Shown here piece after piece: positions 45,989-56,311 of a stretch of 64,000 bases of DNA. A model generated the notes under the pieces. That model did not search any database. It saw nothing but the letters and a program-made list of their open reading frames with translations, and had not been told where the DNA came from. This DNA comes from Clostridiales bacterium (GTDB lineage Bacteria; Bacillota; Clostridia; Oscillospirales; Oscillospiraceae), in NCBI GenBank assembly GCA_029268065.1, contig JAJUHC010000009.1:4934-68933 (forward strand), written 5' to 3'. A program made the position numbers and the translations under genes. Position 1 is the first letter of the stretch, and the number at the start of each line of letters is the position of its first letter.

Positions 45989-47637
45989 ACTATGTACTTG
46001 CCTATTGGGAGGCAATCGAGAGCGGGAAAGTAATAACAAGCCGCCGCGTCCGGGCCGTTTACGAGCGGCTCGCAAAAGAGATCAGAAACCCCGCCGAGGA
46101 CTCGCCCTATTATTTCGACGAGGAGGTCGGAGAGCGTCCTATCCTCTTTGCGGAGCGCTTTTGTAAACAGTCTCAAGGCGTGATCGGAGCTCCCCTCGTC
46201 CTCGAGCTATTCCAAAAGGCATACATACAAGCCCTCTTTGGATTTCTCGAAAAGGATACCGGGCGCCGCCGATACCGAGAGACCTTGTTTCTCGTAGGAC
46301 GCAAAAACGGAAAATCAACGCTCCTCGCCGCGATCGCTTTATATCTCCTCATAGCGGATTACGAGGGCGCCGCCGAGATTTACTCAGTCGCAACAAAAAA
46401 AGATCAAGCTAAAAAAGTCCTTACCGAAGCCGTAAACATGGTAAAACAGTCGCCAGAGCTCCGGGCCGTACTCAGGAAACGGCGAAACGATCTTTTTTTC
46501 CCGGCGACCGCCTCCATATTCGAGGCCCTCGCCTCTGACTCTAACACTCTCGACGGCCTTAACTCCCACGCCGTTATAATTGACGAGCTTCACGCGATCC
46601 GCGACCGCAACCTTTACGAGGTTATGAAGCAATCGACCTCGAGCCGCCGTCAACCGCTTGTAATTATGATTACGACGGCGGGAACGGTGCGCGAGTCCAT
46701 TTTCGACGATATTTATAAAATTGCTTGCGATATCGCGGACGGCGAAACACGCGAGGATACATTCCTCCCGATCATTTATGAGCTCGACTCTCGGGACGAG
46801 TGGACAAATCCTCAAATGTGGCAAAAGGCAAACCCGGGCCTCGGCACGATCAAGCAATATAAAACCCTTGCTCAGTTTGTGGAGCGGGCGAAAGCCTCTC
46901 CCGCCGATCTCCCCGGCGTCCTATGCAAAGACTTTAACGTCCGGGAGGTATCGTCGTATGTTTGGCTCTCGTTCGAGGAGATCAAAAGCAAATTGTCGTT
47001 TGATATCTCGGAGGTTTTTAACACATACGCGATCGGCGGGTGCGACTTGTCGGCGACGACCGATCTTACATGCGCGAGCCTGTTAATCCGAAAGCCCGGG
47101 GACGATCTCGTCTATGTCTTGCAGCAATATTTCCTCCCTCAACATCGGATCGACATACTCGAGGAGCGAAACACCAACGAGGCCCCGTATAAAATATGGG
47201 CCGACCGGGGGCTCCTCACTATATGCCCGGGAAACCGCGTCGATTATTCACAGGTTACGGCGTGGTTTGTGCAAATGCGGGAAAAGTTTAAGATCGACGC
47301 TTTCAAGGTGGGATATGACCGGGCGCTCGCCGGGTATTGGGTCGACGAAATGAAAGCTAACGGCTTTGATATGGAGCCGGTCGCACAAGGCCCCTTTACT
47401 TGGTCTCAGCCTATGCGGGAAATGGGAGCAGCGCTCGCAGACAAAAAGGTAAATTACAATCAAAACCCGGTCTTGATATGGTGCTTATCCAATACCGCCG
47501 CAAAAAAGAGCGGGTTAAATAATATTCAGCCCGTGAAAATCACGGAAAAACGCAGGATCGACGGGATGGTCTCTCTCCTTAATGCGTGGGTTATCTATGT
47601 AAAACATTTCGAAGATTTCATGTATAACGTGGGGTGA
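45985..47637 (+). CDS. terminase large subunit
   Basis: 550 aa. Walker A-like GRKNGKST. DELH Walker B-like. Confidence 0.9.
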   Translation: MNYVLAYWEAIESGKVITSRRVRAVYERLAKEIRNPAEDSPYYFDEEVGERPILFAERFCKQSQGVIGAPLVLELFQKAYIQALFGFLEKDTGRRRYRETLFLVGRKNGKSTLLAAIALYLLIADYEGAAEIYSVATKKDQAKKVLTEAVNMVKQSPELRAVLRKRRNDLFFPATASIFEALASDSNTLDGLNSHAVIIDELHAIRDRNLYEVMKQSTSSRRQPLVIMITTAGTVRESIFDDIYKIACDIADGETREDTFLPIIYELDSRDEWTNPQMWQKANPGLGTIKQYKTLAQFVERAKASPADLPGVLCKDFNVREVSSYVWLSFEEIKSKLSFDISEVFNTYAIGGCDLSATTDLTCASLLIRKPGDDLVYVLQQYFLPQHRIDILEERNTNEAPYKIWADRGLLTICPGNRVDYSQVTAWFVQMREKFKIDAFKVGYDRALAGYWVDEMKANGFDMEPVAQGPFTWSQPMREMGAALADKKVNYNQNPVLIWCLSNTAAKKSGLNNIQPVKITEKRRIDGMVSLLNAWVIYVKHFEDFMYNVG

Positions 47638-47641
47638 TACA

Positions 47642-48919
47642 GTGAGCGAAAAACGAGGACTCTTTCAAACAATTTTCGGTAAAATCAAGCCGTCGGCGTC
47701 GAGTAACGCCCCGCAATATAGGTTACTTTCGTCTTGGGACTCGCAATTTACATCATTTTCGGGCAACGCATGGGATATAAACATCGTGCGAGCCGCCGTC
47801 GACGCTTGGGCCCGTCGCGCCGCAAAGGTGCAGCCGCGGCATATCCGCCGATACCCGGATCGCCGGGTAAATGTAAACGACTATATCGACTCGATATTGA
47901 GCTTTAAGCCTAACCCCTATATGACGGCTTACGCTTTTTATTACAGGATCGCCGCTCAATACAAGGTCGATAATAACGCCTTTATATTCCCTGTTTTTGA
48001 TACGATTACCGGGCGGCTCACGGCGTTATATCCGATCAACGCGAACCGAATAGAGCTCGTCGAGTACGCCGGGGATATGTACGTCCGAATGACTTTCAAC
48101 ACGGGCACAATTTGGACGTGTCCATATGAGCAGATTATCCATATCCGGCGCCATTATAAGGACAACGACATTTTCGGGAGCGATAACAGGCCGCTTTTCC
48201 CGGTGCTCGAAACGGCAAACGCTTTTAATCAGAGCATGGGGATATTTGCGAAACTCGTCGCAGTTATCCGAGGTATCCTCAAAGTCTCTCAGGTTACAAA
48301 ATCCGAGGACTTGAATAAGCGCCGCGACGATTTTATCAAAGACAACCTCCGTATGGAAAACAACGGCGCCGGGGTTATAGTCACGGATTCGAAATATGAC
48401 TATACGCCTCTTACGGAAAAGCAAGTACCGATCCCGGTCGGACAACTCGAGTATGTCCGCCGCGAGGTTTACGACTATTTCGGAGTAAACGACGCCATCG
48501 TCCAAAACAAAGAGACGCCGGATCAACGAGACGCCTATTATCAAGGCGAGATCGCGCCGTTTTATATGCAAATGTCGCAAGCCTTTACAAATTGCCTTTT
48601 CACAGACCGGGAGCAGGATTTCGGAAACGAGGTTTTATTCGAGCTCGACCGTCTGCAATTCGAAGCGCTCACAAACAGAGTAACGGCGGCGCAATTCTTA
48701 ACGAATATCGGCGCCGCGACGCTCGATCAAATACTCGAGATTTTCGGGTTTCCTCCGATCGGCGGAGACGAGGGCGCCCGCAGAGTGCAAACTCTGAACA
48801 TGGTAAACGCCGCCCTCGCCGACAAATATCAAGTAGGCGATCCAACGCCGACGCCCTCCCCTGCCCCATTGCCAGAACCAACACCAACGCCCGCCCCGGC
48901 GGACGAAAACGGAGAATAG
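47642..48919 (+). CDS. portal protein (HK97-like)
   Basis: 425 aa, GTG start. Position after the terminase. Confidence 0.85.
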   Translation: MSEKRGLFQTIFGKIKPSASSNAPQYRLLSSWDSQFTSFSGNAWDINIVRAAVDAWARRAAKVQPRHIRRYPDRRVNVNDYIDSILSFKPNPYMTAYAFYYRIAAQYKVDNNAFIFPVFDTITGRLTALYPINANRIELVEYAGDMYVRMTFNTGTIWTCPYEQIIHIRRHYKDNDIFGSDNRPLFPVLETANAFNQSMGIFAKLVAVIRGILKVSQVTKSEDLNKRRDDFIKDNLRMENNGAGVIVTDSKYDYTPLTEKQVPIPVGQLEYVRREVYDYFGVNDAIVQNKETPDQRDAYYQGEIAPFYMQMSQAFTNCLFTDREQDFGNEVLFELDRLQFEALTNRVTAAQFLTNIGAATLDQILEIFGFPPIGGDEGARRVQTLNMVNAALADKYQVGDPTPTPSPAPLPEPTPTPAPADENGE

Positions 48920-48933
48920 GAGGATTAAACTTT

Positions 48934-49542
48934 ATGCCGATTGTAAAACAGGGACGCGAATATCGCGCCTTACAAGACTTTTCACTCGTTCCGCGTGAGG
49001 GAGAAAACGACGCTTATATCGTTCGCGGAACGGCGGTCGTATTCAATACGCCGACCGTCTTATTTGAGTATGACGGGATACAGTACAAGGAAATAATCGA
49101 CCGAAACGCCTTTGACGGGTGCGATATGTCGGACGTTATTTTCAACTATAACCACGGCGGAAAGGTCGTCGCAAGACTCAGAAATAAAACCCTCACTCTC
49201 GACCTTACCTCTCGAGGGCTCGATATGGAGGCCGACCTCTCGGGCACAACCGCAGGGCGCGAGCTTTACGAGGAGATCGACGGCGGATATATCGATAAAA
49301 TGAGTTTCTCGTTCTCGGTGCGCGAGTCAAGTTATGACAACGTCACGCACACCCGGACGATAACTAAAGTAAAAAAGCTATACGACGTCTCGGCGGTGGA
49401 TATTCCCGCATATAGCGAGACGTCGATTTCGGCCCGTGGTTTTTTTGAGGAGGAGCACTCGAAAGAGCTTGCCGCTTTGGAGCAAGTGCGGAGGCGGAGA
49501 TTACTTATAGCGAGGATACGCACATACCCAAAACAACACTAA
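48934..49542 (+). CDS. HK97-family prohead protease
   Basis: ATG at 48934 behind GGAGAATAGGAGG. 202 aa. The upstream track extension was discarded. Confidence 0.85.
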   Translation: MPIVKQGREYRALQDFSLVPREGENDAYIVRGTAVVFNTPTVLFEYDGIQYKEIIDRNAFDGCDMSDVIFNYNHGGKVVARLRNKTLTLDLTSRGLDMEADLSGTTAGRELYEEIDGGYIDKMSFSFSVRESSYDNVTHTRTITKVKKLYDVSAVDIPAYSETSISARGFFEEEHSKELAALEQVRRRRLLIARIRTYPKQH

Positions 49543-49558
49543 TTGAGGAGGAAAAATC

Positions 49559-50842
49559 ATGTTTGAAAAAAGATTAAAAGAAATCAATACCCGCCGCGGA
49601 GAAATCCGCTCGCTCCTCGAGGGCACGGGTGAAGCAGACCTCGACGCTCTTACAAGGGAGCTCGACGACCTCGACAAAGAGGAGGCCGATATTCAGAGAA
49701 AAATAACGGCCCTCGACCGCCTTAACAGAGGCGGAGTAACACCGAACCCGGCTCCGGGAGCGCCTAACCCGATCGCGGGTGTAACGCCGGAGAACCGCGG
49801 CGGAATGGGAGCGGCTATCGACCACCGGGCCGCAGAGCTCGCCGATTTGCAGGGCATACGCCCGGAGGAGGCGGAGGCCCGCGCCGTGAAATTCGCAGAA
49901 ACCCCTAAAATGCAGATCACAACCGACGCGCTCAAAAGGAGCCTTACATTATCCTCCGGCACGGTCGCACAGCCGACCCGCGTAAGCGGGATTAACCCGG
50001 CACAAAACGAAGTTTCCGGCCTTATCGACATGGTATATGTCGTCGACGCCGCCGGAATGGGTAAGGACTCGGTCGCATACGAAACCTCTATCCCGACAGC
50101 GAACGTCAAAAAGGACGACGGAACCGCGACGACGGGCTCGGATACCGGCTTTGCGATAGCGGAAATAACCCCCGTGCTTGTTTCGACGCTCAGTTATGTA
50201 AGCCGCAATATCCAGAAAACCACCCCGCTTAATTATCAGCAGAGAACGAGCGTCTCGTCGCTTAACGCTCTCCGCAAGAAAGTTTCCCGCCTGATTGTAT
50301 CGGGCAATCCCGCCGCGACTGTCCCGGAAATTACCGGCATTCTCAAGGCGGCAGCGATCGCCTCGGGATCGGATATCGAAATCGTCTCGATCGACGCAAC
50401 CACGCTCCGCAAAATCACGCTCGCATACGGCGGAGACGACAACGTCGAGGGCGGCGGCGTCCTTATCCTTAACAAAAAGGATTTGATCGCATTCGGCGAT
50501 ATCCGCGGAACCAACGAGAAAAAGGCGGTCTATGAGATCACGTTCGACCCGGGCTCAACGACAACCGGGACGATCAAAGACGGCGGACTCTCGGCTATGT
50601 TCTGCATCAACAACGAGCTTTCGGCTCTCTCAGACGCCGCAACGGAAGCGGGCACATATTCCATGATCTACGGAAAGCCGCTCGCCTATCAGCTTGATTT
50701 GTTCGGGCCGTATGAAATCGAAGTCTCCCGCGATTATAAATTTGCGGAGGGACTCCTCGCGGTCATGGGCGAGGTCATGGTCGGCGGTAACGTCGTATCC
50801 GAGAACGGATTTATCCGCGCAAAGAAAAAGGCCGCGGGATAA
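49559..50842 (+). CDS. major capsid protein (HK97 fold) with an N-terminal coiled-coil delta-like domain
   Basis: 427 aa. Position after the protease. Confidence 0.85.
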   Translation: MFEKRLKEINTRRGEIRSLLEGTGEADLDALTRELDDLDKEEADIQRKITALDRLNRGGVTPNPAPGAPNPIAGVTPENRGGMGAAIDHRAAELADLQGIRPEEAEARAVKFAETPKMQITTDALKRSLTLSSGTVAQPTRVSGINPAQNEVSGLIDMVYVVDAAGMGKDSVAYETSIPTANVKKDDGTATTGSDTGFAIAEITPVLVSTLSYVSRNIQKTTPLNYQQRTSVSSLNALRKKVSRLIVSGNPAATVPEITGILKAAAIASGSDIEIVSIDATTLRKITLAYGGDDNVEGGGVLILNKKDLIAFGDIRGTNEKKAVYEITFDPGSTTTGTIKDGGLSAMFCINNELSALSDAATEAGTYSMIYGKPLAYQLDLFGPYEIEVSRDYKFAEGLLAVMGEVMVGGNVVSENGFIRAKKKAAG

Positions 50843-50857
50843 TAAGGGGGGTCTAAT

Positions 50858-51178
50858 ATGAGCGAGCCGTCGGCGGACTATATAAGCAGCGTCCGCGGAT
50901 ACTTGCGCTATACGGCCTCAAATGCGATTATCGACGGGGAGATTAAAGACCTTATAAACGCCGCCCGGGACGATCTCGTCCTCGGCGGCGTTCTTCCCGT
51001 AATGGTCACAGACGAAACCGACCCTCTCATAAAGCGGGCGATCGGCGTATATGTAAAGGCTGAATTTGGGCTCGATAACTCGGACTCGGAGAAATACCGA
51101 GCCGCTTATAACGACCTCAAGCTCCGTTTGTTGCTCGCCGATAAGTACATCGTCGGGAGCGTGAGCGAGGGGGGATAA
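50858..51178 (+). CDS. head-tail connector (gp6-like)
   Basis: 106 aa. Position and motif resemblance. Confidence 0.55.
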   Translation: MSEPSADYISSVRGYLRYTASNAIIDGEIKDLINAARDDLVLGGVLPVMVTDETDPLIKRAIGVYVKAEFGLDNSDSEKYRAAYNDLKLRLLLADKYIVGSVSEGG

Positions 51179-51181
51179 CGC

Positions 51182-51520
51182 ATGTATTGGCGGGATTTAG
51201 GCTATCTATGCACAGAAAAAACAGAGCTTGACCGCTTTCGTAAACCACATACGCAATACGAGGAAACCCCCGTTTATTGCAATAAAAAGAGCGTCCGGCT
51301 ATCCGAATTTTATCAAGCACAAGCACAGGGATACAAGCCCGAGGCCGTCTTTGAAATCCACGCTTTGGAGTTTAACGGAGCGACGCATTTTCGGCATATG
51401 GTCGGAGACGGCACGGAGGGAAAGCTCTATCGTATCATACGCACATATGACCGCGGCGGCGATATCATGGAGCTAACTTGTACCGCGCTCGTATCCTCCC
51501 CGCCTCCGTCGGGAGGCTGA
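51182..51520 (+). CDS. head closure / head-tail adaptor protein
   Basis: 112 aa. Position in the module. Confidence 0.5.
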   Translation: MYWRDLGYLCTEKTELDRFRKPHTQYEETPVYCNKKSVRLSEFYQAQAQGYKPEAVFEIHALEFNGATHFRHMVGDGTEGKLYRIIRTYDRGGDIMELTCTALVSSPPPSGG

Positions 51521-51524
51521 TATA

Positions 51525-52091
51525 ATGCCCGGGCAGTTTATAAAAGGAACCTCGCAAAATACGCCGGTCGTTTTTGTCAATACCTCAAAAGAGGTTAAGC
51601 GGGCTATGGAGAACCTTTCGAAAAAGGCTCTCCGAAAGAGCGGGAAAGTCGTAAGAGAAATACTTAAAAATAACGTTCCGATAAGGTCGGAACGGATAAA
51701 AAACCATATCCAAACCTCCGCAAAGATCAACCGAGACGGCGTCCCTCAATTAAAAGTCGGCTTTTGGTCGTGGCAGCGTGTTAAAAAATCGGGTAAATTG
51801 CCGTCTCACGCCTCCCCGCATTGGATCGAGTTTGGAACGAGTCCGCATGTTATAAAAATAAAAGACGCGGGCGCTATGGGATATCGGGCCGGAAATGACG
51901 ATTATTTTTTTGGAAAAAGCGTCATTCATCAAGGGACGAAAGCGACTCATGTTCTCAGAAATACCGTATACGACAACATTAATGAGATCAGAGCCGCACA
52001 AGAGGAGCTCCTCAAAGAGTTAACGGCAATGTCAGACGCAGCGGTCGCGGAAATGGAGGCAGAGCCGGACGACGAGGACGACAACGAATAG
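51525..52091 (+). CDS. HK97 gp10-like tail-component protein
   Basis: 188 aa. Position, with an acidic C-terminus. Confidence 0.55.
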   Translation: MPGQFIKGTSQNTPVVFVNTSKEVKRAMENLSKKALRKSGKVVREILKNNVPIRSERIKNHIQTSAKINRDGVPQLKVGFWSWQRVKKSGKLPSHASPHWIEFGTSPHVIKIKDAGAMGYRAGNDDYFFGKSVIHQGTKATHVLRNTVYDNINEIRAAQEELLKELTAMSDAAVAEMEAEPDDEDDNE

Positions 52092-52115
52092 AGGCAACGG
52101 AGGAGGTCGACGGCG

Positions 52116-52526
52116 ATTTTTAAGACAAGCGATTTTATAGCGGAGATCACGGAGGCCGTAAACGGCATTATCCCGGACGGTGCGCTCCCCTGTTATTATG
52201 AGACCGCGCCGATCGGGGGCGACGGCGTCGCCCTCGTCGGTTTCCCCTATGCAGTAACAAGCGGATTTTATGCAACCGATCTCGAGGACGGCGATTTAAT
52301 TACTTTCTACGTCGATCTTTGGGGAGACGTAAACGACCCGGCGGCAACGGAGAAAATCGAGGAGTATTGCGATACGATCCGAGACTCTCTCTATAACCGG
52401 GTTATTACAAAAGAGGGCTCATTCGCGGCACATATCGGCATTGAGTCGCGCTCGACGGTCTACGATAACGAGCGGGATTTGTGCCATAGGCGGCTTAATG
52501 TTTCGGCCCGCATTTTTTATTATTAA
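52116..52526 (+). CDS. tail-terminator-position protein with a non-canonical start (ATT proposed)
   Basis: 144 sense codons open from 52092 to the TAA at 52524, with no in-frame ATG/GTG/TTG before 52479. GGAGGAGG at 52099-52106. Fills an otherwise empty 450-bp gap in the tail module. Confidence 0.45.
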   Translation: MFKTSDFIAEITEAVNGIIPDGALPCYYETAPIGGDGVALVGFPYAVTSGFYATDLEDGDLITFYVDLWGDVNDPAATEKIEEYCDTIRDSLYNRVITKEGSFAAHIGIESRSTVYDNERDLCHRRLNVSARIFYY

Positions 52527-52541
52527 ACAGGAGGTCAGATC

Positions 52542-53117
52542 ATGGGAGCAGTTAAAAACCTTACAAAGCAGCAGATCGAAAATATCCAGATCGACGAGGG
52601 AGTCGTCTATATCAATTACGGAGAAACGGACGAACGGCTCCTCGCCCCGACTCGCGGCGGCGGAGAGTTTACCGTCGACGTAACCACGCGAGACATTGAG
52701 TTTGACGGACGCCGCGGTAAAACAAAGGGAATGGAGGTCGTCGAGGAACAGGCCGCAAAGCTGAAAGTAACCTCTCTTTGTTGCTCTCAGCAGGATATAG
52801 CCCTCGCGATCCCGGGTTGCAAGGTGACGAAAGACACGGACGGAAAGATCACCACAATTACAAACGGCGACGGCGGCGTCATTGACGACGCGGCATATCT
52901 CAAAAATATTACCATGTTCGCCCGATTGATAAACGGTCTCTATAAGAAAATCACGATCTATAATGTTCTGCATTTGGGATCGTTCGGCCTCAAAGCGGTA
53001 CAGAAAGCCGAGGGCGAAATCGCGCTCGAGCTCAACGCACATTTTGACCCGACACAGGGAGACGGGCAAAACATCTATAAGATCGAGGACGTCACAACCA
53101 TTACAACGGGCGCATAG
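52542..53117 (+). CDS. major tail protein
   Basis: 191 aa. Position before the chaperone pair and tape measure. Confidence 0.7.
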   Translation: MGAVKNLTKQQIENIQIDEGVVYINYGETDERLLAPTRGGGEFTVDVTTRDIEFDGRRGKTKGMEVVEEQAAKLKVTSLCCSQQDIALAIPGCKVTKDTDGKITTITNGDGGVIDDAAYLKNITMFARLINGLYKKITIYNVLHLGSFGLKAVQKAEGEIALELNAHFDPTQGDGQNIYKIEDVTTITTGA

Positions 53118-53130
53118 GAGGTAAATTGTC

Positions 53131-53496
53131 ATGCTTAAAGTCGCGACTATACCCGTATTAACCCGAATGCTCGCAAAAATCGACATTACGCCGATTATCG
53201 AGCGGCTCAAGGGGATTGATATTTTCAAGGCCCCGGAGAGCGCGGAGGAGGCAAAAAAGGAACTCGACCCCGAAAAGGTCGGCGTCGTCGGAGCCGAGAT
53301 TATCGCGGAGATCATGCCGCAAATTGATAAAATCGGGGCGGACATTCCCGAATTTATCGCCCTTTATAAGGGAGTCTCACTCAAGGAGGCAAACGAGCTC
53401 GATTTCGCCGTCGTGCTGAACGAGCTTATAAACGACTCGGGTATCCGTTCTTTTTTCTCCGTTGCTCTACGCCGAAAGGTAGAGCAAGGGTCTTAA
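53131..53496 (+). CDS. tail assembly chaperone (G-like)
   Basis: 121 aa, acidic. Immediately upstream of the tape measure module. Confidence 0.65.
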   Translation: MLKVATIPVLTRMLAKIDITPIIERLKGIDIFKAPESAEEAKKELDPEKVGVVGAEIIAEIMPQIDKIGADIPEFIALYKGVSLKEANELDFAVVLNELINDSGIRSFFSVALRRKVEQGS

Positions 53497-53789
53497 GCCT
53501 AATTCATCAATACTATGATTGGCAAGTCGTCGAGGAAATGCCGCTTTCGGCCCTCGACGACTTACTTTCTTATGCTGAACAGAAAGAGGCGGAGCGGCAG
53601 TTATTCCCGCTTTGGCTCGCACATTTCGCCATACAGACGTATAAAGGCGAGGCGGCGATATCATTCGAGGAGCTATTTAAGAGCGTGGAGCAGGGCTCCG
53701 CAGGGCCGCAGGAAAGGCGCTCTCCCGGAGATATCCTCGCGGACTTTGCGCCGATCGTCTCGGCGGACAAAAAACGGAGGGAGGCTTAA
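53131..53789 (+). CDS. tail assembly chaperone -1 frameshift product (G-T-like)
   Basis: Slippery T_TTT_TTC at 53451-53457. The -1 frame is open from there through the track ORF 53538-53789. Confidence 0.55.
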
Positions 53790-53792
53790 ACC

Positions 53793-55577
53793 GTGGCTAA
53801 TATCTTTTCCCTATTCGGTACAATTTTTATAGACAATGAGAGCGCAAATAAGAGCATAGACGACACGACAGCGAAAGGCGAAAACGCGGGAAATAAAGTC
53901 TCCTCGGCTTTCGGTAATATCGCGAAAGGAGCGGCGGCGGTGGGAACCGCCGTCGTTACCGGCGCGGCGGCTCTTACCGCGGGCGCTCTTAGTATGGTAT
54001 CCAGTATTTCGGAAACAACCGGCAAGATCGACGACATGACAAAGAAAGTCGGTATTTCCGCCGAGGAGTACCAAAAATGGACTTACGCCGCTAAACTTAG
54101 CGGAATGGAAAGCGAAAACCTCGATAAACTTATGGCAAAACAGCAAAAGTCATTTACAGACGCTAAAGAGGGTAGTAAATCCATGTCCGAGGCTTACCAA
54201 AAGCTCGGACTTGATATAAACAATTTCTCCAATTCCGGGGACGCTTTCAACGCCGTTGTGGGAAAGCTCGCCGATATGGAGGACGTGACACAGCGAAACG
54301 CCATTGCAAACGACATTTTCGGGAAATCATATGCAGACCTCGGCCCCTTGCTTGCCGACGGCTCGGACAGTATCGAGAAAATGAAAAACGAAGCCTCCGA
54401 GCTCGGTGGAGTTATGAGTAACGACGTCGTCGCAGCGGGAGCAAAGTTTGACGATACAATGGACAAACTTAAGACAGCCGGGAAAGGTATTTTTGCCGCG
54501 CTCGGCTCGGGCCTTATCCCTGTTTTTCAACAGGTCGCGGATATGATCCTCAAAAACATGCCGACAATTCAAGGGGTCATACAACAAGCGGCGCCGATTA
54601 TAACGACCCTGTTTTCGGGTATGCTCCCCCCTCTTATGAGTTTAGCGCAGCAGATTTTCCCCGTTCTATTAAATCTTATAATGCAAATACTCCCGTTTCT
54701 TATGCAGATCATAAGCGCGGTGCTCCCGGTGATAACACAGCTTTTGACTATGCTTTTACCGCCTATTATGCAGATCGCGCAATTAATACTCCCCTTACTC
54801 CTATCCTTATTACAGCCGATTTTACCTCTCATGCAGCCGATTTTAGCTTTGTTGCAGCCGTTAATTGATTTGCTTATGCAGATCATACCTCCCCTTGTGC
54901 AATTACTGAACCTCATTCTCCCGCCGATCATTGAGTTAATAACGACGATCATTCAAAATGTTCTCCCGATCCTTAAAGATAACCTCTCCGGCGTCGCCTC
55001 GGTGGTAAGTGGAGTATTTAGCGAAGCTTTCGAAGCGCTAAAACCCATTTTTGAGAATGTCAAAGGCATTTTTCAAGGCATTATAGACTTCATAACCAAT
55101 GTTTTTACGGGAAATTGGCGCGGCGCGTGGGACGCCGTCGTCTCTATATTCGAAAATATCATATCGGGCATTGCTAACGTGTTCAAAATACCGATAAATC
55201 TTATTATCGACGGTATAAACGTATTTATCCGGGGCCTTAACAGCCTTAAAATACCCGATTGGGTGCCGGGAGTGGGCGGATTAGGGCTCAATATAGCGGA
55301 GGTAAAACGTCTCCGTATCGGCCTTGATTACGTCCCTTACGACGATTTCCCGGCGTTACTGCATAAGGGAGAACGAGTCCTCACAGCGAGCGAGGCGAGC
55401 GCATACAACGCGGAGCAGGGCGAGGAAACGCAATCCTCCGCGACGGTAAAAGTCGACGTAACCGTCAACATAGAGAACTTTAATAATCAAAGAGACTCAG
55501 ACCTCGACGACTTGACGGACGAAATCCTCACGCTCATTGAGGCGAAAGTCAGGCGGAAAGGGGTAATTTTCGCATGA
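53793..55577 (+). CDS. tape measure protein
   Basis: 594 aa, GTG start behind GGAGGGAGG. Central hydrophobic L/P/Q-rich repeats. Confidence 0.85.
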   Translation: MANIFSLFGTIFIDNESANKSIDDTTAKGENAGNKVSSAFGNIAKGAAAVGTAVVTGAAALTAGALSMVSSISETTGKIDDMTKKVGISAEEYQKWTYAAKLSGMESENLDKLMAKQQKSFTDAKEGSKSMSEAYQKLGLDINNFSNSGDAFNAVVGKLADMEDVTQRNAIANDIFGKSYADLGPLLADGSDSIEKMKNEASELGGVMSNDVVAAGAKFDDTMDKLKTAGKGIFAALGSGLIPVFQQVADMILKNMPTIQGVIQQAAPIITTLFSGMLPPLMSLAQQIFPVLLNLIMQILPFLMQIISAVLPVITQLLTMLLPPIMQIAQLILPLLLSLLQPILPLMQPILALLQPLIDLLMQIIPPLVQLLNLILPPIIELITTIIQNVLPILKDNLSGVASVVSGVFSEAFEALKPIFENVKGIFQGIIDFITNVFTGNWRGAWDAVVSIFENIISGIANVFKIPINLIIDGINVFIRGLNSLKIPDWVPGVGGLGLNIAEVKRLRIGLDYVPYDDFPALLHKGERVLTASEASAYNAEQGEETQSSATVKVDVTVNIENFNNQRDSDLDDLTDEILTLIEAKVRRKGVIFA

Positions 55578-56311
55578 TTGCAAAGCCGACGGGCTCCTTT
55601 CATTACTTCAATTTTAACGGCGTTTCCTCTTTAGAGTACGACCTCTTTATCCGTTCGAAAGGAACATACAACGCCCCGGAGCGGGACGTAACTTATCAAT
55701 CAATCCCCGGGAAAAACGGAGATTTGCTTATCGACAACGGGAGGTATAAAAATATCTCGATCCCGTATAAGGTCGCTCTCCTCCCGGCCTCTCATGCGGA
55801 CATTGCCGAGCGGAGCAGGAAAATTAAACGGTGGCTCCTCGGGTCGGTCGGATATTACCGGCTTTCGGATTCATACGACGACCGATATTTTCGGCTCGCA
55901 GCGCATACAACCGCCCTCGAGATCGAGGAGGTTTTACCGCGTTATGGGGAAATGGAGCTTAATTTTAATTGCAAGCCGCAGCGGTACAGCTTTGACGGGC
56001 AGCGGAGTAGGAAGATCACGGCCCCGACCACGCTTATAAACCCCGAGCGTTTCGCCTCATATCCGTATATCAAAATAACCGGGAGCGGGAATATTTCGCT
56101 CCATATAAACAATGATACTTTCTCTTTCGTAGGAGTCGACGGTTATATCGAGATCGACTCCGAGCTAATGAACGCATATAAAGGGACGGTATCGCAAAAC
56201 AACAAAATGACGGCGGCGTCTTTTCCGACGCTCGCCGCCGATGAAAACTTGATCCAATGGACGGGAAACGTTACCTCCGTTGAGATCGCCCCGAAGTGGT
56301 GGACACTATGA
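55574..56311 (+). CDS. distal tail protein (Dit-like)
   Basis: 245 aa. Position after the tape measure. Confidence 0.7.
   Translation: MIAKPTGSFHYFNFNGVSSLEYDLFIRSKGTYNAPERDVTYQSIPGKNGDLLIDNGRYKNISIPYKVALLPASHADIAERSRKIKRWLLGSVGYYRLSDSYDDRYFRLAAHTTALEIEEVLPRYGEMELNFNCKPQRYSFDGQRSRKITAPTTLINPERFASYPYIKITGSGNISLHINNDTFSFVGVDGYIEIDSELMNAYKGTVSQNNKMTAASFPTLAADENLIQWTGNVTSVEIAPKWWTL

Noticed and set aside
52089-52091. Possibility that the prophage uses a recoded TAG (sense) genetic code
   Set aside because: TAG clearly terminates other prophage genes at sensible lengths, for example the portal at 48917-48919, the late activator at 44824-44826 and the cro-like gene at 36017-36019. Global recoding is therefore unlikely. 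Only local read-through or a rare start codon remains plausible.
52419-53345. 308-aa minus-strand ORF across the major tail gene
   Set aside because: It is antisense to a well-supported structural gene in a strictly unidirectional late operon. The sequence is low complexity.
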